Below, in pieces: positions 11,706 to 21,979 of a stretch of 64,000 nt of DNA. Under the pieces are notes generated by a model that saw only the letters and a program-made list of their open reading frames with translations, was not told where the DNA came from and made no database searches. Origin of the DNA: Azolla caroliniana (lineage: Eukaryota > Plantae > Polypodiophyta); the NCBI GenBank assembly GCA_043228905.1, contig JBHGNT010000029.1, positions 310,001 to 374,000 of the forward strand, given 5' to 3'. The first letter of the stretch is position 1. The number at the start of each line of letters is the position of its first letter. Both the position numbers and the translations under genes were made by a program.

Positions 11706-12682
11706 AGTCTAAAGGGTTTGATTCTATTGCTCGTAAGGCCAATGGCAGTGTGGATACTGTTGATGTTGCGGCATGTTTAAAGGGCCCCATCTTGAAAGTA
11801 GATGTAGCAACTGACACAAGTGATCTGGTCACACAAGTTGATCAAGCATGTAGCACAGATGACTTGGTGTTGCAGGAAGATGCAGCATGTGATACCAGTG
11901 GACTGATATCGAGCAGATCAGTAGCTACATGCACTGAGGTAATCCAAGGATTGATAACTAAGTCGACAAAACAAGAGCACCAGAATGTGAAGCTAGGCCC
12001 AACACAGTCAACTAGGGGTTTAAAGAGGAAAAGGACGCCAGTTGTGTCAGCCGAACCTGAGCTGATTGAGATTGATCGTATCCTACCAGAAAATGGTGTA
12101 ACAGCGGCTCAGTTTCAGGAATGGAAACCTAAACCACTAGAAGTCGAAAGAAGAGCCTTGATCTTGGAGCTTGATAAAGTCTTGATGAGTGTGAGATATA
12201 GGCAGCTAAGGAGGGACGCAAATCAGTTTCTAGAGTGGGCTGTGGAATACTTTGATTTGTTTATTTGGAGTGAAAAACCAAAATCAGATGTGTGGAAGTG
12301 TTTGGCAAGATTCTTCCCAAAATGGCGAAGTCGTTTTAAAGGTCAATGGGCACGAGAAAATTGTGAGCAAATGGAAGCTGCAAGATTCAAGAGACTTTCT
12401 GATTTTTGGGCTACTTGGCCTGAATATAATGCCGACAATACATTGATTTTGGATACAGAACATTTCCGACACTACTTCAATATTCGGAGATGCTGTCTCA
12501 TTCTACTCGAGGAAATGCCTGAACAGTACCTGGTGCAAATAGTGAGCTGCCAACTAGGTGCATGGTTGTGGACTCCATACCGAGCTCGATATGCGGATAA
12601 TATATGTAGACTCGTTCCACTGACTAGCAAGAGCTTAGCTGTTTATAGGAGATTTGTAGACATTTCCAATGGTAATTTATAA
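11706..12682 (+). CDS. FCP1/NIF (HAD-superfamily CTD-phosphatase-like) domain exon; probable alternative terminal exon of gene A
   Basis: ALILELDKVL..LRRDANQFLEWAVEYFDLFIWS..YNADNTLILD resembles the NIF pattern LVLDLDETL..RPxxxxFL..FExxIFT..NxxIxD. Acceptor ttgcag at 11700-11705 is phase 1, matching the donor at 10242. The open frame runs 11627-12682. Confidence 0.65.
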
Positions 12683-13029
12683 ATATGTAAAGAGATGGCA
12701 TTATTCAATGAAGAATTTAATTACTTGTTCCCAATGTACTTATCTACTGTGTAATTTGAGGAATATGTTGCAGATTGTTGATTTCATGCTATTGATGACT
12801 ATTTAGCTATTGACAGTTAATTAGCTGCATTTGTACAGCTAATTAGCTACTGATGACTATTTTGCTATAACTTATAACTTAAAACTTAACAAAAAAGACA
12901 TGATTTTATTGAGAAAGAAGCACAGAAAGCAGACTGTATACAAGAAATTGATCCCAAACGAATTTATTTAACTGTTTTCGCGAAATACATGTTTGTTTTA
13001 CAAGAGAACATGGTAAGTGCTACTTGTAG

Positions 13030-16000
13030 CTACAAATTCCATGGCATACTATTGTAAATACATTCATACACATTAGCACCAACAGTGTATAAACCGGAGC
13101 AGCTATTGTATTCTGACATTGGGACGTTGATGCACCTGACCAAATGAGAGTACATATACGCCACTGGTTTGTCTTCTAACAGCCTGTACACATATTCGTA
13201 GTCATCTAGTTTTGTATAAAAAATGCCTTCGATGTAGAATGTCCCGGCACATACAAAATTTCCCCATGCATCTACAATATTCTGCCTTGCACACTGTTTA
13301 CTAACCGTGCACTTTAATATATAGAAATCAGCACCCTCTGAATTGCCTTCTTCAGCATTTACAACGAAGTTATCCCCAACGTTTAGGACATCACTCAAAG
13401 TATCTCCAAGTCCCTCATATGTGAAGTCAGCATTCTGCCCTGTTTCTCCATCAACTGCTTCCTTATCATTCAGAGTGTGATACTCCCAATTCTGAATGTA
13501 TGCTTTGTTTAGACAATATCTCCAATTTCCCTACACACAATGGAAGCAAAAACAAGTCAATTCTCTAACCGCAATACAATGACCATCCAACCTGGAATAA
13601 CCACGAACAGCATGCAGAGATCGCAATTCGGGAATTCCTTGGCACTCCCAAGTCTTCTCCCTATTTACTTCATCTATCTTCACTTCCCAAAATTCACGTT
13701 TGATATCTCGGACTTGCGAGGAATAAACACCTGTGGCACTCGTTGACATATTTGTTCTTAAAAATTCAACTACATGTGATGCACAATTCATGTGCACACC
13801 ATCTGTCTTTAGTTGTTCATGGGTAAGTGCCCGCTTTATAACAGCCCCTGCACCATCATGTTCACCTTTACCATGGCCAGACCCAAAAAAATTCCATCTC
13901 ATCTCCAAACCTGTTATAGCAGGATACCTCCCCACAAAATAAAATGGACGTCGAGCCTTGAATTGTGACGCAGCTCCGTCAGACCAGACCCAATGTTGAG
14001 TAAGCTCCAAACGTTGAGCTAATAACCACTGCCAATGTAACTTAAAACAGTGTTGGACAAACAAGGTATCATGCTTCTTATCATCGGAAATAAAGAAATG
14101 AATTACTTTTTTAAGATCACCTGAAACTCGAAAATATGTTATGTGCACAAAAATGGTTACCTGAACTGAACACCAATGCATAGATTGAATTTCATTCTGC
14201 TGCTTGAAAGTATAATTCTCTGCGAAATCTACTACTGAGACTACTACATCATTTGGGAAATCAGATATGCAAGTCTTAAATTGATGGGCCTGCCATGAAT
14301 AAATGAAGTTGTGTTTAATGAACTTTCCTAGAGATACTACAAACAGAGACACCAAATCCCTTGGTTTAAGCATCTTCCGAACTAGATCCTTTCTTTTACA
14401 CACCTTTCCTTCGAAATTGGTGTTCACTGACTCAAATAACTTCACAGAGATCAATATTTCACTACTCAATTCATTTGGACACCACCTAAATCTAGTAGGG
14501 CCACAATCTTGACATAAACCCATGACACATTTATGAATATGGAAGATAGCGTCAGTTTCTCTCGAACACAATATTGAATCTAATAAATAACTCATGGAAG
14601 AGATAACGTGCTCAGATGATTTACACTCCTCTTGCGGGCTTGATCGACAGATTGGGCACCCACATGTGCAAACTGTATTAGTTAGGGATGCGCTATGGTG
14701 ACGTAGTAGATTAACAGAGTCCTTCAGAAAACCCATATGTACATGGTAAATGCAACAACATGTGTATCGATCCTTTAAGCGTCTCACAAAGTGTGGCTTA
14801 AGAGACTCGAATGTTCGTAGTTGAACTTTGATAGTTGGATGCATTCGTTTGAACCTAATAAATAAATCGACCTGCATAATAAAGGGGAATTAGTTATTCT
14901 CGTAACTAGCTAACTATCCTAGTAGCTAATTAGCTATTCTAGTAGCTAATTAGCTATCATGGTAGCTAATTAGCTGTCCTAGTAGCTAATTAGTTGTCCT
15001 AGTAGCTAATTAGCTATCATGGTAGCTAATTAGCTATCATGGTAGCTAATTAGCTATCATGGTAGCTAATTAGCTATTCTAGTAGCTAATTAGCTATCAT
15101 GGTAGCTAATTAGCTGTCGTAGTAGCTAATTAGCTATGATGGTAGCTAATTAGCTGTCCTAGTAGCTAATTAGTTGTCCTAGTAGCTAATTAGCTATCAT
15201 GGTAGCTAATTAGCTGCTCTAGTAGCTAATTAGCTATCATGGTGGCTATTTAGCTTTCCTAGTAACTAATTAGCTATCATGGTAGCTAATTAGCTGGTCT
15301 AGTAGCTAATTAGCTATCATGGTAGCTAATTAGCTGGTCTAGTAGCTAATTAGCTATAATGGTGGCTAATTAGCTTTCCTAGTAACTAATTAGCTATCAT
15401 GGTAGCTAATTAGCTGGTCTAGTAGCTAATTAGTGGGTCTAGTAGCTAATTAGCTATCATGGTGGCTAATTAGCTGTCCTAGTAACTAATTAGCTATCAT
15501 GGTAGCTAATTAGCTGGTCTAGTAGCTAATTAGCTATAATGGTGGCTAATTAGCTATCCTAACTAATTAGCTATCATGGTAGCAAATTAGTTGGTCTAGT
15601 AGCTAATTAGTTATCACGGTGGCTAATTAGTTATCCTAGTAAGCTAATTAGCTATCATGGTAGCTAATTAGCTTTCCTAGTAGCTAATTAGCTGGTAATA
15701 ACGAAATAACAAACTAGCTACCATGATAGCTAACTAGCTTCCAATACAACTAATTATCTGGTAGTACCTAAATTAGCTATTGAGAATAGCTAATTAGCTA
15801 TCATGGTAGTAGCTATTGAGAGTAGCCAGTTACCTATGTAGTAGCTATCATAGTAGCTAATTAGCTATCATGGTAGCTAATTAGCTTTCCTAGTAGCTAA
15901 TTAGCTGGTAATAATGAAATAGCTAACTAGCTACCATGATAGCTAACTAGCTAGCAGTACAGCTAATTATCTGGTAGTAGCTATTGAGAGTAGCTAGTTA

Positions 16001-16879
16001 CCTATGTAGTAGCGATCCTAGTAGCTAACTGAGGTAAATGTAACTGATAAGCTAATTAGCTTTTCTGCTAACTCAGCTATTTAACTTTCCGTGTAGAGTC
16101 AAAACAAATGTTGAGATAAATGTAAATACCTGAGGTACATCAAGAAGATGAATGGGATGCTCCTCGTATTGATTTCTTCCAACACGTTTCCTGCATAAAT
16201 CCTTTTTATTGGGTGAAACCCTACTCTCATTAGTCCAAAACATTGTGATTACATCCTTGATTTCAAATGTTATGGGTGTCATTGGCTTACATCTTGTAGT
16301 TAGCTTTAGTAGACTAGTTCCTTCACCCGAGGAAATTATACGGTTCATTGTATTGTACACTGTTTTTCTACTAACACCAATTACCTTAGATAGTTCACTG
16401 ATGTTTATATCGTCAACATCACTATTAAGTAACATCATTAGACTAGACCTTTTTAAGACAAGATCATCTTTTGACCTGCTGATGGATACGAAACTATTAC
16501 GAAGATTATTTACTAAAATAGATGATATGTTTGCATTAAGACCATCACAATCAACTAAGTCCTTTATCGATGGATCATTACATATTCCATAAAGTACTAC
16601 CTTCTTTTCTTCATTGCTGATGTGCTTGGTTTGAACATTGAAATAGTCTACAACCTTTCTCTCTATGATGGTAGTCGCATTACTTACATTCTCAGCTAAA
16701 CTATCCTTACCTTTACTGAGTGTGGCTTTCGTATCCTTCAACAATTGACGATGTTTCCTTTTTTTTTCTGCCCAATAGTTTCGTATGGCTTGTTGTGTCC
16801 TGATAACATCATCCCTATCCTTATGATCATTGAGGGGTAATTCTAAACACTCTTCTTCCCCTTCCATTTGGCTGGACAT
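13030..16879 (-). pseudogene. Sola2-like DDD transposase, two exons, about 863 codons with one internal TAG
   Basis: Exon 1 16879-16130 (CAG|gtattt) and exon 2 14871-13030 (atgcag|GTC), phase 0. One TAG at 13533-13531, with the frame continuing into ORF 13030-13398. Motifs TCCCIYH, VVDFAENY, EIQSMHW, FISDDKKHD, WSDGAASQFK, GHGKGEHDGAG and C-terminal CFCFHC. Confidence 0.85.
14905..16070. repeat. About 20-bp-period TAGCTAATTAGCTA satellite in the transposase intron
   Basis: Units such as AGTAGCTAATTAGCTATCAT / GGTAGCTAATTAGCTGTCCT repeat in 20-bp register and fill intron 14872-16129. Confidence 0.95.
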
Positions 16880-17204
16880 GTTAAAACCCTAGATTTCCAG
16901 AAAAAAAAACAAGTATTAAAGATGGCTATGGGCAACAACAATACACAAAAATATTCCACACAATACACAAGATTAGACACAACAATACACAAGATAATCA
17001 ATAGACAGAAAAGTTATTGCAATCCAAGACCGAACAGTAGAGGATTTCACTCCGTTGGATCCAACAGTTGAGGAGGCGATCCAAGACCGACCAATGGCAA
17101 CAACTGAGTGTAGAATGTTGCCGTTGGATGAGTGAACTCCGTCAAATTGAAATGTGGAAGCAATTAGGGACTGGACAGTAGTGGCAACTGAGTATAGAAT
17201 GATG

Positions 17205-17787
17205 GCAATGGAGGAGAGAACCCCGTCAGATTGAACAGTTACCGATGATGCTTGAAACGCACATAGAAGGCACTTGAGAATAGAGTGGCACAGAGAAGAG
17301 AACCCCGTCAGATTGAACAGTTACCAATGATGCTTGAAACGCACAGTAGCGGCCCCTGAGTGAGAGTGGAAAAGAGAAGAGAACCCCGTCAGATTGAATA
17401 GCTCTTTGATTATGCTTGGAACGCACAGCAACAACCCCTGAGTGTAGAGTGGCAAAGAGAAGAGAACCCCGTCAGATTGAACAGCTCTTTGATGATGCTT
17501 GGAACGCACAGCAGCGGCCCCTGAGTGTAGAGTGGCACAAAGAAGAGAACCCCGTCAGATTGAACAGCTCTTTGATGATGCTTGGAATGCACAGTAATGG
17601 CCCCTGAGTGTAGAGTGGCACAGAGAAGAGAACCCCGTCAGATTGAACAGCTCTTTGATGATGCTTGGAATGCACAATAGTGGCCCCTGAGTGTAGAGTG
17701 TCACAGAGAAGAGAACCCCGTCAGATTGAGCAGCTCTTTGATGATGCTTGGAACGCACAGTAGCGGCCCCTCAGTGTAGAGTGGCGG
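17205..17787. repeat. Tandem repeat, 7 copies of 81-83 bp, upstream of the transposase
   Basis: CCCCGTCAGATTGA recurs at 17221, 17303, 17384, 17467, 17550, 17633 and 17716. Confidence 0.92.
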
Positions 17788-18113
17788 CAGGTGGACTCGA
17801 TAGGGTTTAGCAACAGTGGTAGCAACTAACCCACAGTACTCAACTAGAGATGGCCTACGTGATGTGGCAAAGGATCATGCATAATGGACCTAGGAATTCG
17901 ATATATAATTTATGGTACACATTTATGGTGCACACATCAATTTATGTTGCACATTTATGGCACTCATTTACATATGTAATTAAAACACTCTAGTATTTTC
18001 AATGGTAGTTTTTTGCATACTTAATTTATTAATGATGGCTTTTTACTAAAATGACTATTTATCAATGGTAGCTTTTTGCATAGCTAATTAGCTATGTCAA
18101 GGACATAGCTAAT

Positions 18114-18138
18114 TGTTTCCACTCGTATGCTTTCACCC
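18114..18138 (-). repeat. Right terminal inverted repeat
   Basis: TGTTTCCACTCGTATGCTTTCACCC followed by TSD TTAT. TAGCTAATTAGCTA lies at 18081-18094. Confidence 0.92.
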
Positions 18139-20596
18139 TTATGTTAAACAAGTGCGAGAATTTAGATAAGAGGAATACATGTGGATAGCAAGCAATTTTC
18201 TTCCTATCGAGGGAAAAACCAAAAATTGAAGGTGCCCAACAACAAATCGATGCTTCAACCAAGCGGCTCCAATGACCACTTGCTGCTGCAATCTCCCAGG
18301 CTACCTATTGCGGTCTCACAACCCTGTTTTGATACCATTGTCGTGAATCGGTGGAGTAGAGAGCCACAATGCTTCCAAGGGAGAAAACTTTGTTCAAAAT
18401 AGTAAAAACAGAAAAAACCGATGGCTGCAATATTTTTGCCTCTTTTTAACAAAGAGGTTTTGCACACCCTATAGCTAGAAAAGGGGAAAATAAAGTAAAA
18501 AATAAAAACAAGAGCATAGGCCGTTTTGACCTTTTCACACTATGTACATGTCTCTATGTACATATAACATTACATCGACTGATCAATCGTAGAAGTCGAC
18601 AGAAAGGGCGTTGTGGAGGTAGGACTCAGACTCATTGATGGTAAGGCCGAGGGGGGTGGGAGTTATGTGGAGGAGAAGAAGAGTAGGAGGAAGTGGTAGT
18701 GATGGTTTTTGGGTTTCTTCACACCTCTAAAGGTTTTTTGTCCCAAATAGGTTCACAAGCTGGTTTAGCCTAAACTGGTTTAGGGACGGTTTGGTTTGGT
18801 TCAGTGTAAGTTTGAGAACCCCAAAATTGTTTAGGCTTAACTGGTTTGGCTTGGGTAAGGCCAAACCGGTTAAGCCTAAACCGAACCATTGCCAATTCCT
18901 ATGGTTGACCAAATTTTAATGGGCTTTGAAGAGACATTAAATCTAGATCTAGTACTTAAAAACCTCACTGAAATAGTAACCCTAAGCGAAGCAATTACCC
19001 AATCCATGATGTGCAACAATTGGCTTTTTGAATCCCCCAAGAGGATTGTTCTACTATACCCCTTTCCTCATCATCAAGTTTTGGCTTTGTTGATATTAAT
19101 GACACAATAAAGCTTGCTATGAACCAATGTAAACCCATCATCCACACCATCTTGCCAACAAGCTTTGCCTTTATTATTGTGAACATGGGCATAGTGTTGG
19201 ATCTTGTGTAGTTACAACAAGAGCAAGGCAAGATTGGAGCCAAGAGGCAAGATTCGAGTGAAAAGGCAAGAGGAAAGATTCATGACAAAGGTTATGCTTA
19301 CATTCAATGCGTGGCGCGGAACTTCATAAGCTCAACTAGGGTAAAGGTCTCCCCCTCTCATAGTGATAGACATTGACTTTTTGCCTAAGGCTAATTCAAT
19401 AAATTAACAATCATTTTAGGTCAGTTGGTGAGAGCTTCTTGTACCTAATAGAAAGGTAAAGCCAAAGTTTGGAAACCGACTTCTGTTTGGTTTTCTTTGA
19501 AACATGTAAATTTCTAGGTTTTTTTGATCGGTAACATTTATGATTTGTTTTTGTACGGTAACGTCTATTTTGATGATGTTTACAGCCGTTTTCTTGGAGT
19601 TCATGATTGGTATCCAAATTTCATGTCAAACACCAGAGTTAGGCTCTTTGTCCTTTACAAGCCGTTGTCCTATAAGTTTCTCTGACATCTATCTACTGAT
19701 TAGTCTCATAACTTAGGTACGTCATTGCACAAATGAACTAAATAATGGGGTAGCTTCTTTTCGCCAGTACCAAGGATAGTGGTTGGAAAGTTGCGGTTTC
19801 GGAGATCACATTCCCGCCACAAATATAGGCCACCATTAATATTTGGAAGATCATTAATTTAAAATCTGGTTTTCCAAAATGGTGCGATAATTGGTCTTGA
19901 GAACAGATCAAATGGCATGTGTGATTGATGACCATCACAAATGTAATCCTCAATTATCATCTGTTGGTATAAGTGTTGTGCGGCTTCCTTCTTCATGAGA
20001 ATTAACAATACATGTTGGAGCGTAATGTTAAAGAATTGTTGTCTTCCCCAAGTCCATTACAAATTAATGTAGGTATGAATGAAATGGTGGGTGTGAGATG
20101 TTATATTATATGCTCCATAGTTATATTCAAACATTGAGATCAGAAGCATCATCACTTCTCCCTTGCAAGAAATGGCTTGAATGTAAGTTGACATTTTAGC
20201 CAACGGAAGTGTTGAAATGGGCAGCAATACTAACACTGAGCAGCATTCGTGCATTCATTAGTTTTGATTTCAATGTTCACAGACACTACTTATTAGTTAA
20301 CCTAACGATTTGCATCTTAAGCCCTTTTTTCAAGAATATAGCGTTGGAAAAGGTAATATATATATAATTAATGTTGTTAAATTCTCAACCTGATCTTGGG
20401 AATATTTGTGTATGTATGTGTGTGTGTGTATGCAATATTCTTCTATTGTTTTCATCTAAAGAAGAAAGGAATTGTAATGAGGCAAGCAGGGTCTCTTCCC
20501 ATCCTCCAAACTAATGAAAAATCACAGGTTTTAGAAATTCATGACTATATTTATCGAAAGAAAATTTTGAGATTTAGGTGGTGTTTGGCGGTGTCG

Positions 20597-21936
20597 CTAC
20601 AGCGTGTTTACACGGAGGCGGGAGGAACAGACATGAACAGCTTCTGCGGTGGCAAAGAAGAACCACTCTCTCCCCACCTTCTCCATCAACCCCGCCTCCT
20701 CCAATTTTCGTGCAACTCCAGCCCCCGGATTCGCCATAGCAAGCTACCACATCAATCATGTCGTTTTAAGCCTTTCTCTCTCTCTCTCTCACACACACAC
20801 TCACACGTAAATGTATGTTATGTATGTCTATATATATCTGTCTCTGCGTGTACCTGGATATTTTTGTTCTTGAGATTGGTGAGGAGATCTTCCAAGGAAT
20901 GGATGCCAGTTGTGTCAATGTTTGTCACAGCTGCACATTTAATTACAAACCATATTCCAATTTATACGACCAACACTTGTAGGAAGATGCTTACAAACTA
21001 CATACTACATTTCTTGTACATCCTAGATTCCATGTATTAATCAAGACTCAGTGATTAATTAATCGTCTGCGGCATAATCGATATGTGAACTGATCACTTC
21101 ATAAAGAGGAAATAAGACACTTACAAGACAGCTCCAAGATGAGAAATTGTATGGGAACTCCCTTTTCCTCCAGTATTGTCTCTGTCTCATCATCCACCCA
21201 TCGTAATATCCTGATGACACACATGGAATTTTTCAACATAGCCGGATTTCAAGTCACTAGATCGCTATGTGTCAGAGATGAAGAAACAAAGGGAAACGTG
21301 CTTGTTATAACTATTAAGTGAGAATTCTACCTTTCTCGAAGGTAGTTGGCATTGGAGAAATAAATGGCTGCGTCAATTCGGATAACCAAGACTCCAGGTT
21401 TCTTGACGGAGTGCGGATATTGTTCCACGTTTCTGTAAAGGCTAGTTCCTGGAATGTTCCCCAACACAGCCGTGTGTGGCCTGCTGACCTGTAGCAAGAT
21501 CTTGGCTAGAGAGAGGAGGACCTGTTTGTAAAGAGCCAGCCATCATGCTAATGCTAATAATGCTGCCTGCCTGCACACAACCTAACCGACGGCAAAGCAG
21601 AGAGAGAGAGAGAGAGTGTGTGTGTGTGTGTGTTATTGACGGTTGGTCCTAGCCTCTAGGTGGTACGATGGCTTTATGTTATCGATAAAAAAAGAAAAGA
21701 CTAGAGTGTGTAACTACTTAAAACAAGGCATTAAATGTATATAGCTTAATAATAGTAATTGATGCTGCTGCATAACCACTCCCTCACATTAACATGGAAA
21801 TGTCAACACGATGGTTAGCTATTAAAGACAGACACGAGAAGGAGTGGTAAAAAGAGAGATGTAAGTCGTAGTTAAAATCGATGCGTTGGAAGGCCTTTGG
21901 GATAACAAATTGGATGTGTGTGCGCACGAAAGGGAG

Positions 21937-21979
<43 letters not shown>

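Larger units (their letters stand above)
7787..18138. mobile_element. Complete TIR DNA transposon, Sola2-like (10,352 bp), carrying accessory genes
   Basis: Left TIR GGGTAAAAGCATGCGAGTGGAAACA (7787-7811). Right TIR (18114-18138) has reverse complement GGGTGAAAGCATACGAGTGGAAACA, 23/25 identical. 4-bp TSD TTAT at 7783-7786 and 18139-18142. Encloses a DDD transposase with DFAENY / WSDGAASQFK / GHGKGEHDG motifs. Confidence 0.9.

Noticed and set aside
9416-13533. Stops repaired by U-to-C RNA editing or readthrough
   Set aside because: U-to-C editing in seed-free plants is organellar; ordinary deamination of methyl-C explains these stops more simply.
13531-14877. Domesticated host gene or CACTA/hAT transposase
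   Set aside because: It is enclosed by TIRs with a 4-bp TSD and has no CACTA termini or 8-bp TSD; the motifs fit Sola-type DDD.
14905-16070. CRISPR or guide array built from palindromic repeats
   Set aside because: The spacers are only about 6 bp and drawn from a few recurring variants, so this is a minisatellite.
17205-17787. CRISPR-like array
   Set aside because: The entire 81-83-bp unit repeats, with no unique spacers, no cas genes and a eukaryotic context.
18740-18900. GGTTT/AAACC-rich inverted motifs as a discrete MITE
   Set aside because: I could not define termini or a TSD; it is probably the relic of a common repeat.
19400-20000. Short minus-strand ORFs as a gene
   Set aside because: They are fragmented and I recognise no domain or consistent splice structure.
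20396-21040. 214-aa plus-strand ORF
   Set aside because: It is antisense to the last SULTR exons and runs through microsatellites.
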